DNA from: Naegleria gruberi | Lineage: Eukaryota | DNA: 64,000 nt | Assembly: GCA_000004985.1 (NCBI GenBank) | Contig: GG738863.1 | Strand: one strand, 5' to 3' | In this document: positions 1 through 10,711 of the stretch, piece after piece | Layout: every line of letters starts with the position of its first letter | How positions within the stretch are numbered: the stretch's first letter is position 1 | Position numbers and translations under genes: made by a program | The notes under the pieces: generated by a model | Told to the model about the DNA's origin: nothing | Seen by the model: the letters and a program-made list of their open reading frames with translations, nothing else | Databases searched by the model: none

Positions 1-27
1 AAACATTTCATATGAAAAATTACTTAC

Positions 28-998
28 TTTTGGAGGAAGGCATGTAATTCTGATGGAACTGTAACCATAGGAGCACTCAGAACCATTCCATTAATAAATG
101 CAGGTCTTTCAATGGACATGTACATGGCCACAGTAGCTCCAATTCCTTGTCCAAAGAGGAATATTGGTTTTCTTGGATTATGTTGACTTGTAGAGGTACT
201 ATTCTTTCCATGTTGAGCAAATCCATCATAACTTTCAACATCTGATTGTCTGGCAATATCCAGATTAGGTAAAAGTGGTTGAGCTGATGGAAAATGATCA
301 ACTTCCACCAAACCAGATATAATTTCCATTATAGATTTCATTTTAGAAGGTGAATATATCTGATCCACAACTGTTTCCATATTTCCACTTGATTTTGACT
401 TTCTTTTTAAACCAGAAGTCAAACTTTTTCTATTTTTGGAAATATTCAACTCTGTTTCTGAAGAAAATGATAAAGACAATATTTCTTTACCTTCCTTATC
501 ACAAGTATTCAAATGTAGAGTTCCATTTGCAATCAAATCCAAAAACTGAATTCCATTTTGTAACCACATTGTAAAGTCGTCAATAAATGCTGGTTTTCCA
601 TCTGATTTTCCATGACCTTCCATATCGAATGAAAACACAGCAAAATGCCTCGATAATAACTCATTAGTAAGTGTTGAATATCTGCCAGCTTTTTGTAAAC
701 TTGTTTGAAAAATTTACAATTTGTTTTTTAACTTACAATGCTCGTTGAGTCCGTGACAAATAATTACAACACCACGAATCTTTAAATCTGATGGACACCA
801 TACTTGATAATGGATTCTACTAGATGGTATTTTAGATTTGATGGATTTCGAACTGGTTGAACTGTCAGTTGTCGAAGAATTTGATGGATCATTAGATGAC
901 ACATCCCTGTTCACATTTTGATAGTTGCATTGGAAATAACCTGCTTGTTGGAAGGATGAAACGTTGAACGATCCGAATGATGAAAAGCTTCTTAACAT
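28..998 (-). CDS. alpha/beta-hydrolase, monoacylglycerol-lipase/Hydrolase_4-like; 3'-partial (continues beyond window start). Exons 737-998 and 28-688; 48-nt GT-AG intron 689-736
   Basis: Joining ORF 714-998 to ORF 24-638 across the intron gtaagt...aaaaag restores the family motif HGLNEH-SGRY (splice-spanning codon tct=Ser). This is followed by FDMEGHGKSDG and ...ERPAFINGMVLSAPMV, which aligns to MGLL after the nucleophile elbow. The apparent stop TAA at 24-26 overlaps a consensus donor (CAAAA|GTAAGT at 22-27), and the catalytic Asp/His region is missing, so more exons must lie outside the window. Nucleophile elbow reads GQGIG, not GHSMG. Confidence 0.7.
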
Positions 999-2123
999 TT
1001 TTTTTTAAAATGGTTTTGGCAGGTGACTTTGAAAGGTCAATAACAGTTCCGTCGTTTTTTTAAATATGATCAATCTATCTCTTCAGTTTTTGTAATTGTG
1101 GTCAGCATGCAACATTCTTATAATCAACATGTTTCGGTTAGAATACCTCTTATTTGATTATTAGAAACAAAACTAAACATTTATTTTGAACCATTTTTAC
1201 ACCTTTTGTAAAGGGTATTTCAGTCTGTTTAAATTCTCCTCACTTCTCAGTCCTATCTTCATCTCAGTTTATCCCGAAATATGAAACGATGAGTTTCACA
1301 AAGTTTCCAATATCTGCACGGGTGTGGACGAATCCTTTCCTCACCAAACCTCTTATAAACTCCTTCAGTTGACCATTGGTATGTTTCAATTTCAAATAAT
1401 ATTCGATATTCAGGAACCAAAAGTTAAAAATACGAAACAACTTAAACTTTACAATGCATCAATTCTTAGAATTAAATGTAGCAATCACACGGCAACTAAA
1501 AAAAGAATTGGAGAAGGCAAAACTGCAGTTAAGGATCATGAATGGTGATTGCTGGAAAAACGGCCTGAAGTGATCTCTGTAGTTTTTTATCAAACACACA
1601 TATTTACTGCTTCACAAATGATAGAATGTATTCTTAAGTTTAATGTCGTTCCATTCAATATTGAATCAGTTTTTGAAAAATAGTATATAGCTTGTCGATA
1701 GGAGTATGGGAACTATTCGAAATTATTAGTTTTGTAAAATGTTTGGAAAAAGTGCAAAGTTATCTCCTTTCAATTTCGAACTTTCAAGACCTCACAATCT
1801 CATTGACATCAATGTTTCACTGAATCTCTACTGACCTTTCGAATAAACATTAAATATATTATTTAATACAATACATTAAAATTCCACAATCCAACAAATA
1901 AACTGTAAATCGATTCCCACTCAATTCAAATGAGATACGCAATCTTAAAGTGAACCTTATCGTTGTATTCACTTTACAGTTTCCTTCTAGGTTGTGAAAA
2001 TTGAAAGCTGACGTTGAAGACTGACACGAAGAAAGACACAACAACAAAAACGAGAAAACCGCAAAACAACAAGCGCTTCATCCTTTTAAAAAAAATAATC
2101 TACATCCTATTATCAACTGCCAA

Positions 2124-4247
2124 ATGTCACCTAAAAATTTCATCTTGGCATGTTGCCTTCTCTTCATCCTTCTCACGAGCTCAACGCTCCTGATCTCCCC
2201 AACACAAAGCAAGGAATCTCCTTCATCTGATTTCGAACTATTGGTCAAACAATTAGTCATCCAAAAAAAACAACTTGGTGACAAGTGGAATCCTAAAAAA
2301 TTTATTCCAACTCGTGTTCGTAAAATAATGAAAAAGCTTGCAATTTCACTTCCAGAAAAATGTGCCAGAAGAGAAAATCAAGTTTCTGATATTTTGATTG
2401 AACAAATTCGTGATTTATCGAAATGTTTTTCTGAAAAGAAGAAATGTCCAAAATTGAATTATGAATTGACTTGTAAATGTGGACAAGAAAGAATTAGAAA
2501 GACTAAATTGGTAAATGGATTGAATTGTCCTTATTTTGAATGTAGAAAGAAGGATCAACCAACTGTTAAATGTCCATTAATTTTCACACAAGATCAGAAA
2601 TGTAAAGAAGGATATTATCAAGTTGTTAAAAAGGTTAAATTTGGAAAATTGGATTGTGATAGAAAGGTTTGTGTCAAGAAGGTTGAAAAATGTCCAGAAA
2701 TTTCAGTCAATTGTGCTGCTGGAGAAACTAGACAAGCTTCCAGAGATGAGAAAGGATGTCCAGTTGTTACTTGTACTAAATTGACTTGTCCACCTGAATT
2801 TACTGACAAGACTAAGGTTAAATGTAGAGATGGATGGACTTTATCTGAACAACAAGTTAATTATCAATCAATTACTTGTAATATGTTGAAATGTGTCAAG
2901 ACTCCATGTCCAAGAGAATTGAGAGAAACTCGTTCTATTAAATGTAAGGTTGGACAAAGAGTTGTCAGAAAGGTTGTCACTATTAATGGAAGAGAATGTG
3001 GTAAATATGAATGTGAAGACATTGTCTGTCCACAAGAATCCAAACCACAATGTGCAGATGGTCAAGTTGCAAGAGAAATTTCAGTTTGGTATCATGGAAA
3101 GAAGTGTAATGCTTTCAGATGTATGCATGATCAATGTCCAACTGTTGAAACAAAGGAATGTAATCCAGAAACTGAACAAGTTAAAGTTTTAACATTCAAG
3201 ACTGATTCTGGATTGACCTGTTATAGACAAGAATGTGAAAAGAAGAAGAAGACTTGTAAGAATGTCTGTGTTAATTATTCTCAAAGAGCTGGCAAATGTG
3301 TCAGATATGAAATGAAAGGAGAACAACAAAGATGTATCAAATGGTCATGGACTGGTTCAAATAACTGTATTGAAGAAAAGATTGTCAATCAATGTGTTAG
3401 ATATGTTCAAGGTGGTCAAACTTGTACCAATAAGAAGGTTGTTACTTCATGTGCTCGTGAAGGAAGCAGACAAGAATGTACCAAATACGGTGAAAAGGAA
3501 GTTTGTGCTGAGAGAGCTGATAAGGCAGTTTGTGAAAGATACAGCACCAGAGTTGTTGGGTGTAACAAGTACAATGAAGTCACTTCATGTGCTCAATGGA
3601 ATTCCATTCCAAAGACCAAATGTAAAGCTGTCAAGTATTGTGTTAAGGAACTTCCATCCAGAACTGAAAAGTACTGTACTGCCTACAAGAAGCAATGTCA
3701 AAAGGGTAAACGTGAAGTTTGTACCACAACTACTTGTCCTTGCAATAAGAAGCCAGTTACCAAGTGTAGAACTTACTACTTTGATGGATGTTGTGAAAGC
3801 AAGTGTCAATCTTGGGCAACTCGTACTGTTCCAGGAAAGTGTACTGCCTATGGATACAAACAAGAATGCACTCCAAATGGAAGTGAACGTGTCTGTGCCA
3901 AATATAAGAGCACAAAGGAATGTGTCTCTCCACGTACTGAAAAGATTTGTACCAGATGGACCAAGACTAGTTCTGAAGTCTGTTCAAAGAAGGAGAAGAT
4001 TAGTGTTTGTTTATCTTCCAAATATACCAAATATTGTGCTGAAACTACTCAAAAGGAAGTTTGTGAATCATGGGCTGTCACCAATGCCAGATGTGCTGAA
4101 TATAAGCAAAGCAAGGTCTGTATCAGAAAGAGTGAAGGTCAAAAGATTTGTCAACAATACCAAAGCTTTGGTGGTGAACAAGTTTGTGTTGAAAAATCAA
4201 AGGAAGATGTTTGTGCCGAATATAAGCAAATGTGTACCTACGAATAA
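2124..4247 (+). CDS. secreted cysteine/lysine-rich repeat protein (707 aa), unknown function
   Basis: Uninterrupted 707-codon ORF. Hydrophobic N-terminal signal-like segment MSPKNFILACCLLFILLTSSTLLISP. A Cys falls about every 8-12 residues throughout, with recurring C-x-E/K-Y-K-x-x-K-x-C units (e.g. CAEYKQSKVC, CAEYKQMC, CTAYKKQCQKGKREVC). AATAAA-like motif just after the stop. Confidence 0.7.
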   Translation: MSPKNFILACCLLFILLTSSTLLISPTQSKESPSSDFELLVKQLVIQKKQLGDKWNPKKFIPTRVRKIMKKLAISLPEKCARRENQVSDILIEQIRDLSKCFSEKKKCPKLNYELTCKCGQERIRKTKLVNGLNCPYFECRKKDQPTVKCPLIFTQDQKCKEGYYQVVKKVKFGKLDCDRKVCVKKVEKCPEISVNCAAGETRQASRDEKGCPVVTCTKLTCPPEFTDKTKVKCRDGWTLSEQQVNYQSITCNMLKCVKTPCPRELRETRSIKCKVGQRVVRKVVTINGRECGKYECEDIVCPQESKPQCADGQVAREISVWYHGKKCNAFRCMHDQCPTVETKECNPETEQVKVLTFKTDSGLTCYRQECEKKKKTCKNVCVNYSQRAGKCVRYEMKGEQQRCIKWSWTGSNNCIEEKIVNQCVRYVQGGQTCTNKKVVTSCAREGSRQECTKYGEKEVCAERADKAVCERYSTRVVGCNKYNEVTSCAQWNSIPKTKCKAVKYCVKELPSRTEKYCTAYKKQCQKGKREVCTTTTCPCNKKPVTKCRTYYFDGCCESKCQSWATRTVPGKCTAYGYKQECTPNGSERVCAKYKSTKECVSPRTEKICTRWTKTSSEVCSKKEKISVCLSSKYTKYCAETTQKEVCESWAVTNARCAEYKQSKVCIRKSEGQKICQQYQSFGGEQVCVEKSKEDVCAEYKQMCTYE

Positions 4248-4299
4248 TTTCCAAGTAATAATAATAAATTGGCAAAAAGTTATTTAAAAGAATTGAATG

Positions 4300-6084
4300 T
4301 TAATGTCTAATATTACAATGAGTCAATATTTTGAGAAACACTTCTTTTGGTACATTTTCAAAGGTCTGTAAATCCTTTTCCATTACTTTTAGAGCAATTT
4401 CAATATCAGTCAACAGTTCATGTGATAAATGAGATAACCTAGTCCCATCTTTAACATATTGTAAATATTGTAAAACCACTTGCTTATCCCTTTGCAATTC
4501 ATAAGAGGCATGTAAAAAACATTCTGTATGTTTTTGGATAGCTGTCATTACAAAATCTCTATCAGCCTTCAATGCAAAAGATGCACTTTTAAATGCATTT
4601 CCATTTTGCTCAATTGCTTGTAAAACAATTTCCTTATCATTTCTCAATTCCTCTGAGGCAAATTCAAGTGCCAATCCATCTTGGTTAACAGCAACTGTTA
4701 CAATTTCCTCATCATTTCTCAATCGCTCAGAAGCGTGTTTGAGTAGAGTTCCTGCTTGACCAACAGCTAGTAACATTAATTCCTTATCATTTTTCTTGTC
4801 CTTACTCGCTTTTCGAAGAGATCCTGTTTTTAATTTGAAAGCTGTCATTAGCAATTCCCTGTCATCTTGTAAATTGAGAGAAGCATAATCAATAGGTTGC
4901 TTACTCCATCGCACAGATCTCGTGTTAATGGCTTGTAAAACTATTTCACGATCATTTCTGAGTTTGGATGATGCGTATTTAAGCGAAATTCCATTTTGAT
5001 TTATGGCAGATAAAACTATCTCCTTATTGTTTTGCAATTCCTTCGAAGCATATTCAAGAGCTAATCCATTTTGACACACAGCTTGTAAGACAATTTTCTT
5101 ATTCTTTTGGAACTCATATGACAAATATTTGAGAGATAGTCCATATAGCTTACAAGCTTGCATTACAATCTCCATATCATTCAATGACCGAGGAGATAAA
5201 TAGAAAACATATCCCTCCCAATTAAGAGCTTTCAAAATTAATTGCTTATCATTCCTCAATTCTTCAGAAGCATATCTTAATGCACCTTCACTTTGATTAA
5301 CAGCTTTCCAAACAAGTTCCCTGTCATTTTTCAATGAATAATTTAAATATTCTGGTTTGTGTCCTTCCTGTAAAATGGCCATCGAAATAACATTATTAGA
5401 AGCAAATCTAATTGCCTCTCCATTTTGTGAAATAGCTCTCAAAACAATACTCTTATCTCTCCTCAACTCTTCACTTGCAAATTCAAGTGCCAATCCATTT
5501 TGTTCAATTGCAATGTCTACAATTGTCTTTTCATTTTGTAATTCTTTATCCGCAAACGCGAGCGCTAATCCATTTTGAGAAAGAGCTTGCCTTACAACTT
5601 CCATATCTTTTTGTAATTCTTTGGAGGTATGGTTGAGAGCTAGCCCATTTTGCTTACAGGCACATATTGCAATTTCCTTATCATTTTTCAAGTCTTCACT
5701 TGCAAGTTGGAGTAATAATCCATTTCGAATAACAGATTGGTTGACTATTTGTTTATCATTTGTAAAATCTTTGAATCTCTTCAAAACATTTATATCATAA
5801 TCCAAAACCCGCAACACAAACGACTTTACAGACCAAAAATTCAGCTTATCTGCAATATACATTCCATTTGATTTTTGTAAATATTCAACAATATATTTAG
5901 CATCTCTCCAATTTATGAATAATTGATCTTTAAGTAATAAATGGGAAAGGATTGGAAAGAAAATTGTTTTAAATTTTAGAGAAGTGGGAACATCTCGGAT
6001 TTGAGTGGTGAGGAGAAGTGATGAATAATTACAATCTAAAATGATTGTGGTGAGTTGACCTCTCATGTTCTCCAAGTTTTCCAT
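4300..6084 (-). CDS. DUF4116-like tandem-repeat protein (594 aa)
   Basis: Continuous ORF. About 15 tandem ~24-aa repeats of the form L(Q/R)NDKEIVLxAIxQNGLAL(E/K)(F/Y)AS with E/K-L-Q/R-N-D-(K/R)-E-I-V periodicity, matching the DUF4116 repeat as I recall it. The N-terminal ~100 aa are non-repetitive. Confidence 0.6.
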   Translation of the reverse strand: MENLENMRGQLTTIILDCNYSSLLLTTQIRDVPTSLKFKTIFFPILSHLLLKDQLFINWRDAKYIVEYLQKSNGMYIADKLNFWSVKSFVLRVLDYDINVLKRFKDFTNDKQIVNQSVIRNGLLLQLASEDLKNDKEIAICACKQNGLALNHTSKELQKDMEVVRQALSQNGLALAFADKELQNEKTIVDIAIEQNGLALEFASEELRRDKSIVLRAISQNGEAIRFASNNVISMAILQEGHKPEYLNYSLKNDRELVWKAVNQSEGALRYASEELRNDKQLILKALNWEGYVFYLSPRSLNDMEIVMQACKLYGLSLKYLSYEFQKNKKIVLQAVCQNGLALEYASKELQNNKEIVLSAINQNGISLKYASSKLRNDREIVLQAINTRSVRWSKQPIDYASLNLQDDRELLMTAFKLKTGSLRKASKDKKNDKELMLLAVGQAGTLLKHASERLRNDEEIVTVAVNQDGLALEFASEELRNDKEIVLQAIEQNGNAFKSASFALKADRDFVMTAIQKHTECFLHASYELQRDKQVVLQYLQYVKDGTRLSHLSHELLTDIEIALKVMEKDLQTFENVPKEVFLKILTHCNIRH

Positions 6085-6520
6085 TTTTTAATTATTTAGA
6101 AAATCAATCTCAAAATTCCACATCCTTTTTTCTGTAAAATAATATTATTAAATCCTATTCCGAAATTAACATTATTATTGAAGACAGAATATTGTAATCA
6201 TTTTGAACCTATTAATCGTTACATTTAAAGCAAGAGGGTGATGAGCACCAACCTCAGCCTTCATCAAACAGAGAGTGATATCCAACCACCATAATACAGC
6301 ATCAATCCCTCACTTCCAATCCTTCTCCATTTACCATCCAACTCACACATGATCATTTAAAATTATCCAACATATTAAATCGTACCTTTTTCATTCTTCC
6401 TTACTACTACAACTCAAAGCCTTTTCTCTTCTTTATGTTGGGAATCTTTTTTATGAGTAGAAAAATGAGCGCCCTTTTTTTTGACAAACAACTCTGGACC
6501 TCAATCACAAGAGAAAAAAA

Positions 6521-6838
6521 ATGAACGTTTGGATCACCATCGCCGCTCTTGCTGCTCTAGTATTGAATTTTGCTTGTGTTGTGGAAGCTAATTATCCAAT
6601 GGTGGAGGCCTCTGTTATTGCTCTTAATAGTACAGGGAATGGTACTACACCATTTGTTTATGACTTTTGGCGTATCAACAAGCCACCAATCATTGGTGGT
6701 ATAATAGTTTTAGTAGTTGGTGTAATCATTGCTATTATCGGAGGAGGTATTTATTATTGGAAGAAGAGAAGGGATGCTAGACAAACCCAACATGATGAAC
6801 ACGAAGATATGCATCGTCTTGAGGATGAAGATCATTAA
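6521..6838 (+). CDS. small single-pass membrane protein (105 aa), hypothetical
   Basis: ATG ORF with N-terminal hydrophobic signal-like segment, N-glycosylation-like NST/NGT sites, a strongly hydrophobic TM stretch IIGGIIVLVVGVIIAIIGGGIYYW followed by a basic stop-transfer KKRRD, and an acidic tail. No homology recognised. Confidence 0.35.
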   Translation: MNVWITIAALAALVLNFACVVEANYPMVEASVIALNSTGNGTTPFVYDFWRINKPPIIGGIIVLVVGVIIAIIGGGIYYWKKRRDARQTQHDEHEDMHRLEDEDH

Positions 6839-7171
6839 AATAAAATCACTTTGTTTCCGAAAATTGTCGATTTGTATTCCAACAATGGTTGATCCGAAAA
6901 ATGTCAATTTATTTATCTAATTCAAAAAATTGGTAATAACATATTTTATTATTAATATTAATAATGGTATGTATTAATCATTTAATCATTACTATTATTT
7001 AGATTGTATATTTGGAATAATAAATAGTATCATCAAATGGCCAATTTTTTGAGTTAATCCCGAAAAGTACCTCTTTACTGAAAAGTGCCACTTTCCAAAA
7101 TTGTTAATGCAAAGGATTTTCATATTTGAAAAATACAGAGACAATCAAATTTTAATTTAAAAATTATAAAT

Positions 7172-8395
7172 TTAATCATTAAAATTAAGTGCCTTGTGAC
7201 ACATTTTGTGCATGGTCACAACAAGTAATTTCAAATTATAAAGCAATGGTTTGCTAAATTCAGAACTGTACAAATCAAACAAGAACATGCATAATAAGGC
7301 ACATTCCAGAGTACTGGTACGATCCTTCTCTGTTTGTTTTCTGAGTAAATTAAAGATTGGTTCCTTTTGTTGATAGAGATGCACAACTTTGGATTGATCG
7401 AATTTAAGTCTATTAGGGAGATCCTTCTTGTTGCAGAGAGCTTTGAGAACATGCTTGGCTTGTTGCCAAGTACTATCCACAATAATGAGATTAATACTTT
7501 TCATTGGTCGCTTATTGGTGGTTGAGTAGTTCTCTTGGTCTTTCCACATTTCTTTTGATAGGTCCATTTGCTTTTGTTTAATTTGTTCCACAAGTGTTTG
7601 ATCCAAATCGAGAGCATCTTCACTTGGGAAGAGCAAGTAGGTCAACTCTTGTCCATAATATTTCTCCTTAAATTCAATTTCATGAGCTTCTACATCCACT
7701 AGATAAATTTCCACAAATCCCTTTGGTAATGTATCCATCAAAATCTTTCCAGTGTTTGATTTTCTGAAAAATTCCTTGGCATGCATTAGTAGAATAATCT
7801 TTAAACGTGGCTCGTCTGATTGTAATTCAGATGGCTTCTCACAATGTTCACGAACAGAGTTCAATTCCTCGGAAGGTTCTGAAACAAATGTGTCCAAATG
7901 CTTATTCTCTCTCCAAGGGAAAACCATTTGTTTACAAATGCAATAATCAATATTTAACCAACAATATGGACAACAACGAATTGGTGATTGTTTAAATATT
8001 TCATCAATTAAAAAGTAGGCCATTCTTCTCTGAACCGTATAGTATTGTTTCTCCTTGTGTTTTTCCTTTTCGGAGAGTCCAACTCCTTCCTTCTGTGCCT
8101 TCCTAATCATTTCATGATCTTGCTCTGATTTTGGTGTTGGCACTGGAGTCTTGTCTTTTAATTCCTTCAACTGTGGGAAATATTTTGACATGACTCTAAA
8201 CAAGTCATGCTCCCAAAAGTGACAATAATGTGGATTGTGTGGAATACTGAGATGGTGAGTATCATAGAGAGTTTCAAGTTTTGGTTTTTTAGCTTCGGAA
8301 TTTTCAACATGTTGTTGCTGTTCGGAATCATTTGTTGTTGGACTTGCTGAACAACTATGAGATGAAGATGTTTCCTCTGTTGCTTGTCTTTTCAT
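7172..8395 (-). CDS. DTW-domain protein (tRNA-uridine aminocarboxypropyltransferase, DTWD-like), 407 aa
   Basis: Continuous ORF from ATG at 8395. N-terminal Cys cluster CPYCWLNIDYCIC and the signature D-x-T-W motif (LIIVDSTWQQAKHV) typical of DTW/TDD-superfamily acp3U synthases. Confidence 0.65.
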   Translation of the reverse strand: MKRQATEETSSSHSCSASPTTNDSEQQQHVENSEAKKPKLETLYDTHHLSIPHNPHYCHFWEHDLFRVMSKYFPQLKELKDKTPVPTPKSEQDHEMIRKAQKEGVGLSEKEKHKEKQYYTVQRRMAYFLIDEIFKQSPIRCCPYCWLNIDYCICKQMVFPWRENKHLDTFVSEPSEELNSVREHCEKPSELQSDEPRLKIILLMHAKEFFRKSNTGKILMDTLPKGFVEIYLVDVEAHEIEFKEKYYGQELTYLLFPSEDALDLDQTLVEQIKQKQMDLSKEMWKDQENYSTTNKRPMKSINLIIVDSTWQQAKHVLKALCNKKDLPNRLKFDQSKVVHLYQQKEPIFNLLRKQTEKDRTSTLECALLCMFLFDLYSSEFSKPLLYNLKLLVVTMHKMCHKALNFND

Positions 8396-8685
8396 TTTTT
8401 AAATATTGAATAACAAACAGCAAGCAGTTGGATATTGCACCTTTACAGTCATTTTCAATAATTGAAGATTTTACAGAGATTGCGCATTCATTTAAATATA
8501 ATTTATTAGTTCTTTTTTGATAAAGAACTAATGGAATTGTGAAGTAATTGTCTACTATTATTGTAGTGTGAAGGAATAATAATAACAATACTACAGTGTT
8601 GCATTAGGTAGGTTTGTGTTTGTGGATTGAATTACATTGGAAGGGTGATGGTATTATTGGAATAGTGTGTTTCTGCTGATTGAAT

Positions 8686-9940
8686 TTAAAAGATGAGCAA
8701 GAGTTTTGGATTCTTCTTGACAGCTTCTTGAATTTCCTCAAGTGAAATTTCACCATCTCCATTAATATCAGCAAAGTCCATCAATTGCTTCACTCGTTGT
8801 GAGATAATGTGCTTGAATTTTTCACTATCAACATCATGTCCTAACAAACGGAATGTATCCTTCATACCTTGTTCCAATTCAACTGAAGTTAAACGACCAT
8901 CACCATCAGCATCGTACAACAAGAAGGTAACTTCAATGATTTTGCTTGGATCTTGTTCTGTTTGAGTTGGAGCAGTGATGGAGAGGTAGAGAATGAATTC
9001 TTCAAAACTAATACTACCATCTGTTGGAATATATTGTTAGTTTGTTGTGTTTTAGTTATATTGTTGTTAGGTTGATAATAATTGTTTTAGAATGTTCATC
9101 ATTGGATGAATAAGTAGTTTTTGTATCATTCACGTTGTTGTTATTGATCAAAAGTTAAACCGAAATTCATCATATTTTGTTAAAATATATTAATAGTAAC
9201 GGATCAAGTTATTATTATTGATACAAATATATTCGATAGTTAAATGTGTTACCAAGTAAAAACATCATATTAATTCCAAATTATTATGTTATAAACATTT
9301 AAATATATATAAATTTAAATTATTATCATTAACATACCTCTATTACGATCATAGGAACGGAACAAGTGATCTATTGGAGCATCCTTTGGAAGGTTAGGGA
9401 AAATACCAATAGCCTTTATCCACTTTTTAAAACCATCCTTGTCCATTTCCTTATCACCAAACATATCCAACCATATCTTTCTGTAACGTTTGATATCCTT
9501 CTTTGAGACTGTATTCAATAATAATTACAAAGTAGTACCATCATCATTATATTCATCCAACACAATGTTATTGTTATTATTGTTGAATTCAGCATTAAAC
9601 CATCAAAATATTACAAATTTCGCCCGTAGATCAACACAAATTATCATCATATGAATTTACAAGCATTCATTATTAGCACATATTCATCATCAATCATATG
9701 TTTGCAATTTTTGTTATTGTTGTTGTTCCACAAACAACACGGTGAGAAGAGAACGTTGAAAATTACAGTAAAATTTGGCGGGCAAACATTTTTGGTCGTC
9801 ATCACGGAATGAATATATTAAATATTATGATGAGATTTAATATATTATTAAATAATGTTATTACATACGTCTATTCTCAGCAATTTCTTGCCAGTCGTGA
9901 ATTTGCTTTGTAGAAATTCCCTTTTGATTTTCGTTACCCA
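8686..9940 (-). CDS. neuronal calcium sensor/recoverin-family EF-hand protein; 3 exons (9868-9940, 9338-9508, 8686-9020), introns 359 and 317 nt
   Basis: Exon 1 MGNENQKG...AENR ends AGAC|GTATGT. Exon 2 (acceptor ...gaatacag) encodes KIWLDMFGDK...FPNLPKD...HLFRSYDRNR and ends AGAG|GTATGT. Exon 3 (acceptor ccaacag) encodes DGSISFEEFILYLS...LYDADGDGRLT...DINGDGEISLEEI. Splice phases are consistent (73+171+335 nt = 193 codons including stop). The 192-aa product has three canonical EF-hand loops in NCS arrangement. Confidence 0.8.
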
Positions 9941-10711
9941 TGATTTCTCTTATATACAATTATTCTAAAGGTTTAGTTTCGATTATTGTTCTCTTCAAAC
10001 TTGTCTTTTATTAAGAATTTGTTGTTGGAAATTTTTGTATAAAGACAGCGTTGTCTGCGTTGTAATAACAATCTAACGTTTTTTTTTGATTTGTTGACAT
10101 TGACGTTTGGCATCATAGTTCCGTTATGAGGCTTTGTGTTGAACGATATAATTATTAAAATAAAGTTAATTGGCTTAGTACGTTGAAGAAAGTGGATCAG
10201 TGATAAGAACTGACCTTCAGTTACATGTTTCCACTGGTTTAGTTTCTTTCGACTACTTTCCTTTATGTTTAAAAGAGAATGATAAGGTGTTGATGAATGT
10301 CAATTGTTGGACTACTTGCGGGTTCAATAATGGAAATTTTCAATCACCATCAAAAATAATACAAATTAGTACAAAAACACTTTCATTTGAAAAAGAAAAT
10401 AAAAAAATTGAAATGCAAATTCTTGGTTCTTACAACCATCGTCAAATTTGAACTGAATGGACCCTGGAAATAATTTTCAAATTCAACAAATTTTGTACTC
10501 AAAAATCGTAAAATTAATAAAAATGTTAGTTTTAAATGAATTCAAACAGAAATTGTAAACCCTCATTGTAAAATGTTAAATTATAATCCACCAAATACAG
10601 AAAACAAATGTCTTAAATTGGCAGATCAAAACCAAACATTAAATCCCATTGGATTTCTTTTTTAACAAGATTACAACAGGTCACTTGTCGATTATTTTCA
10701 TCGATAAAAAA

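Noticed and set aside
3370-4287. 305-aa alternative-frame ORF inside the Cys-rich protein gene, plus other 60-160-aa antisense or overlapping ORFs (e.g. 2618-2809, 3585-3863, 32974-33285, 33249-33833, 35008-35484, 49659-50010, 55605-55892, 58673-58972)
   Set aside because: They lie in alternative frames of clearly coding, homology-supported or strongly biased genes. They have low-complexity compositions and no motifs, typical of AT-rich or repeat-rich coding DNA.
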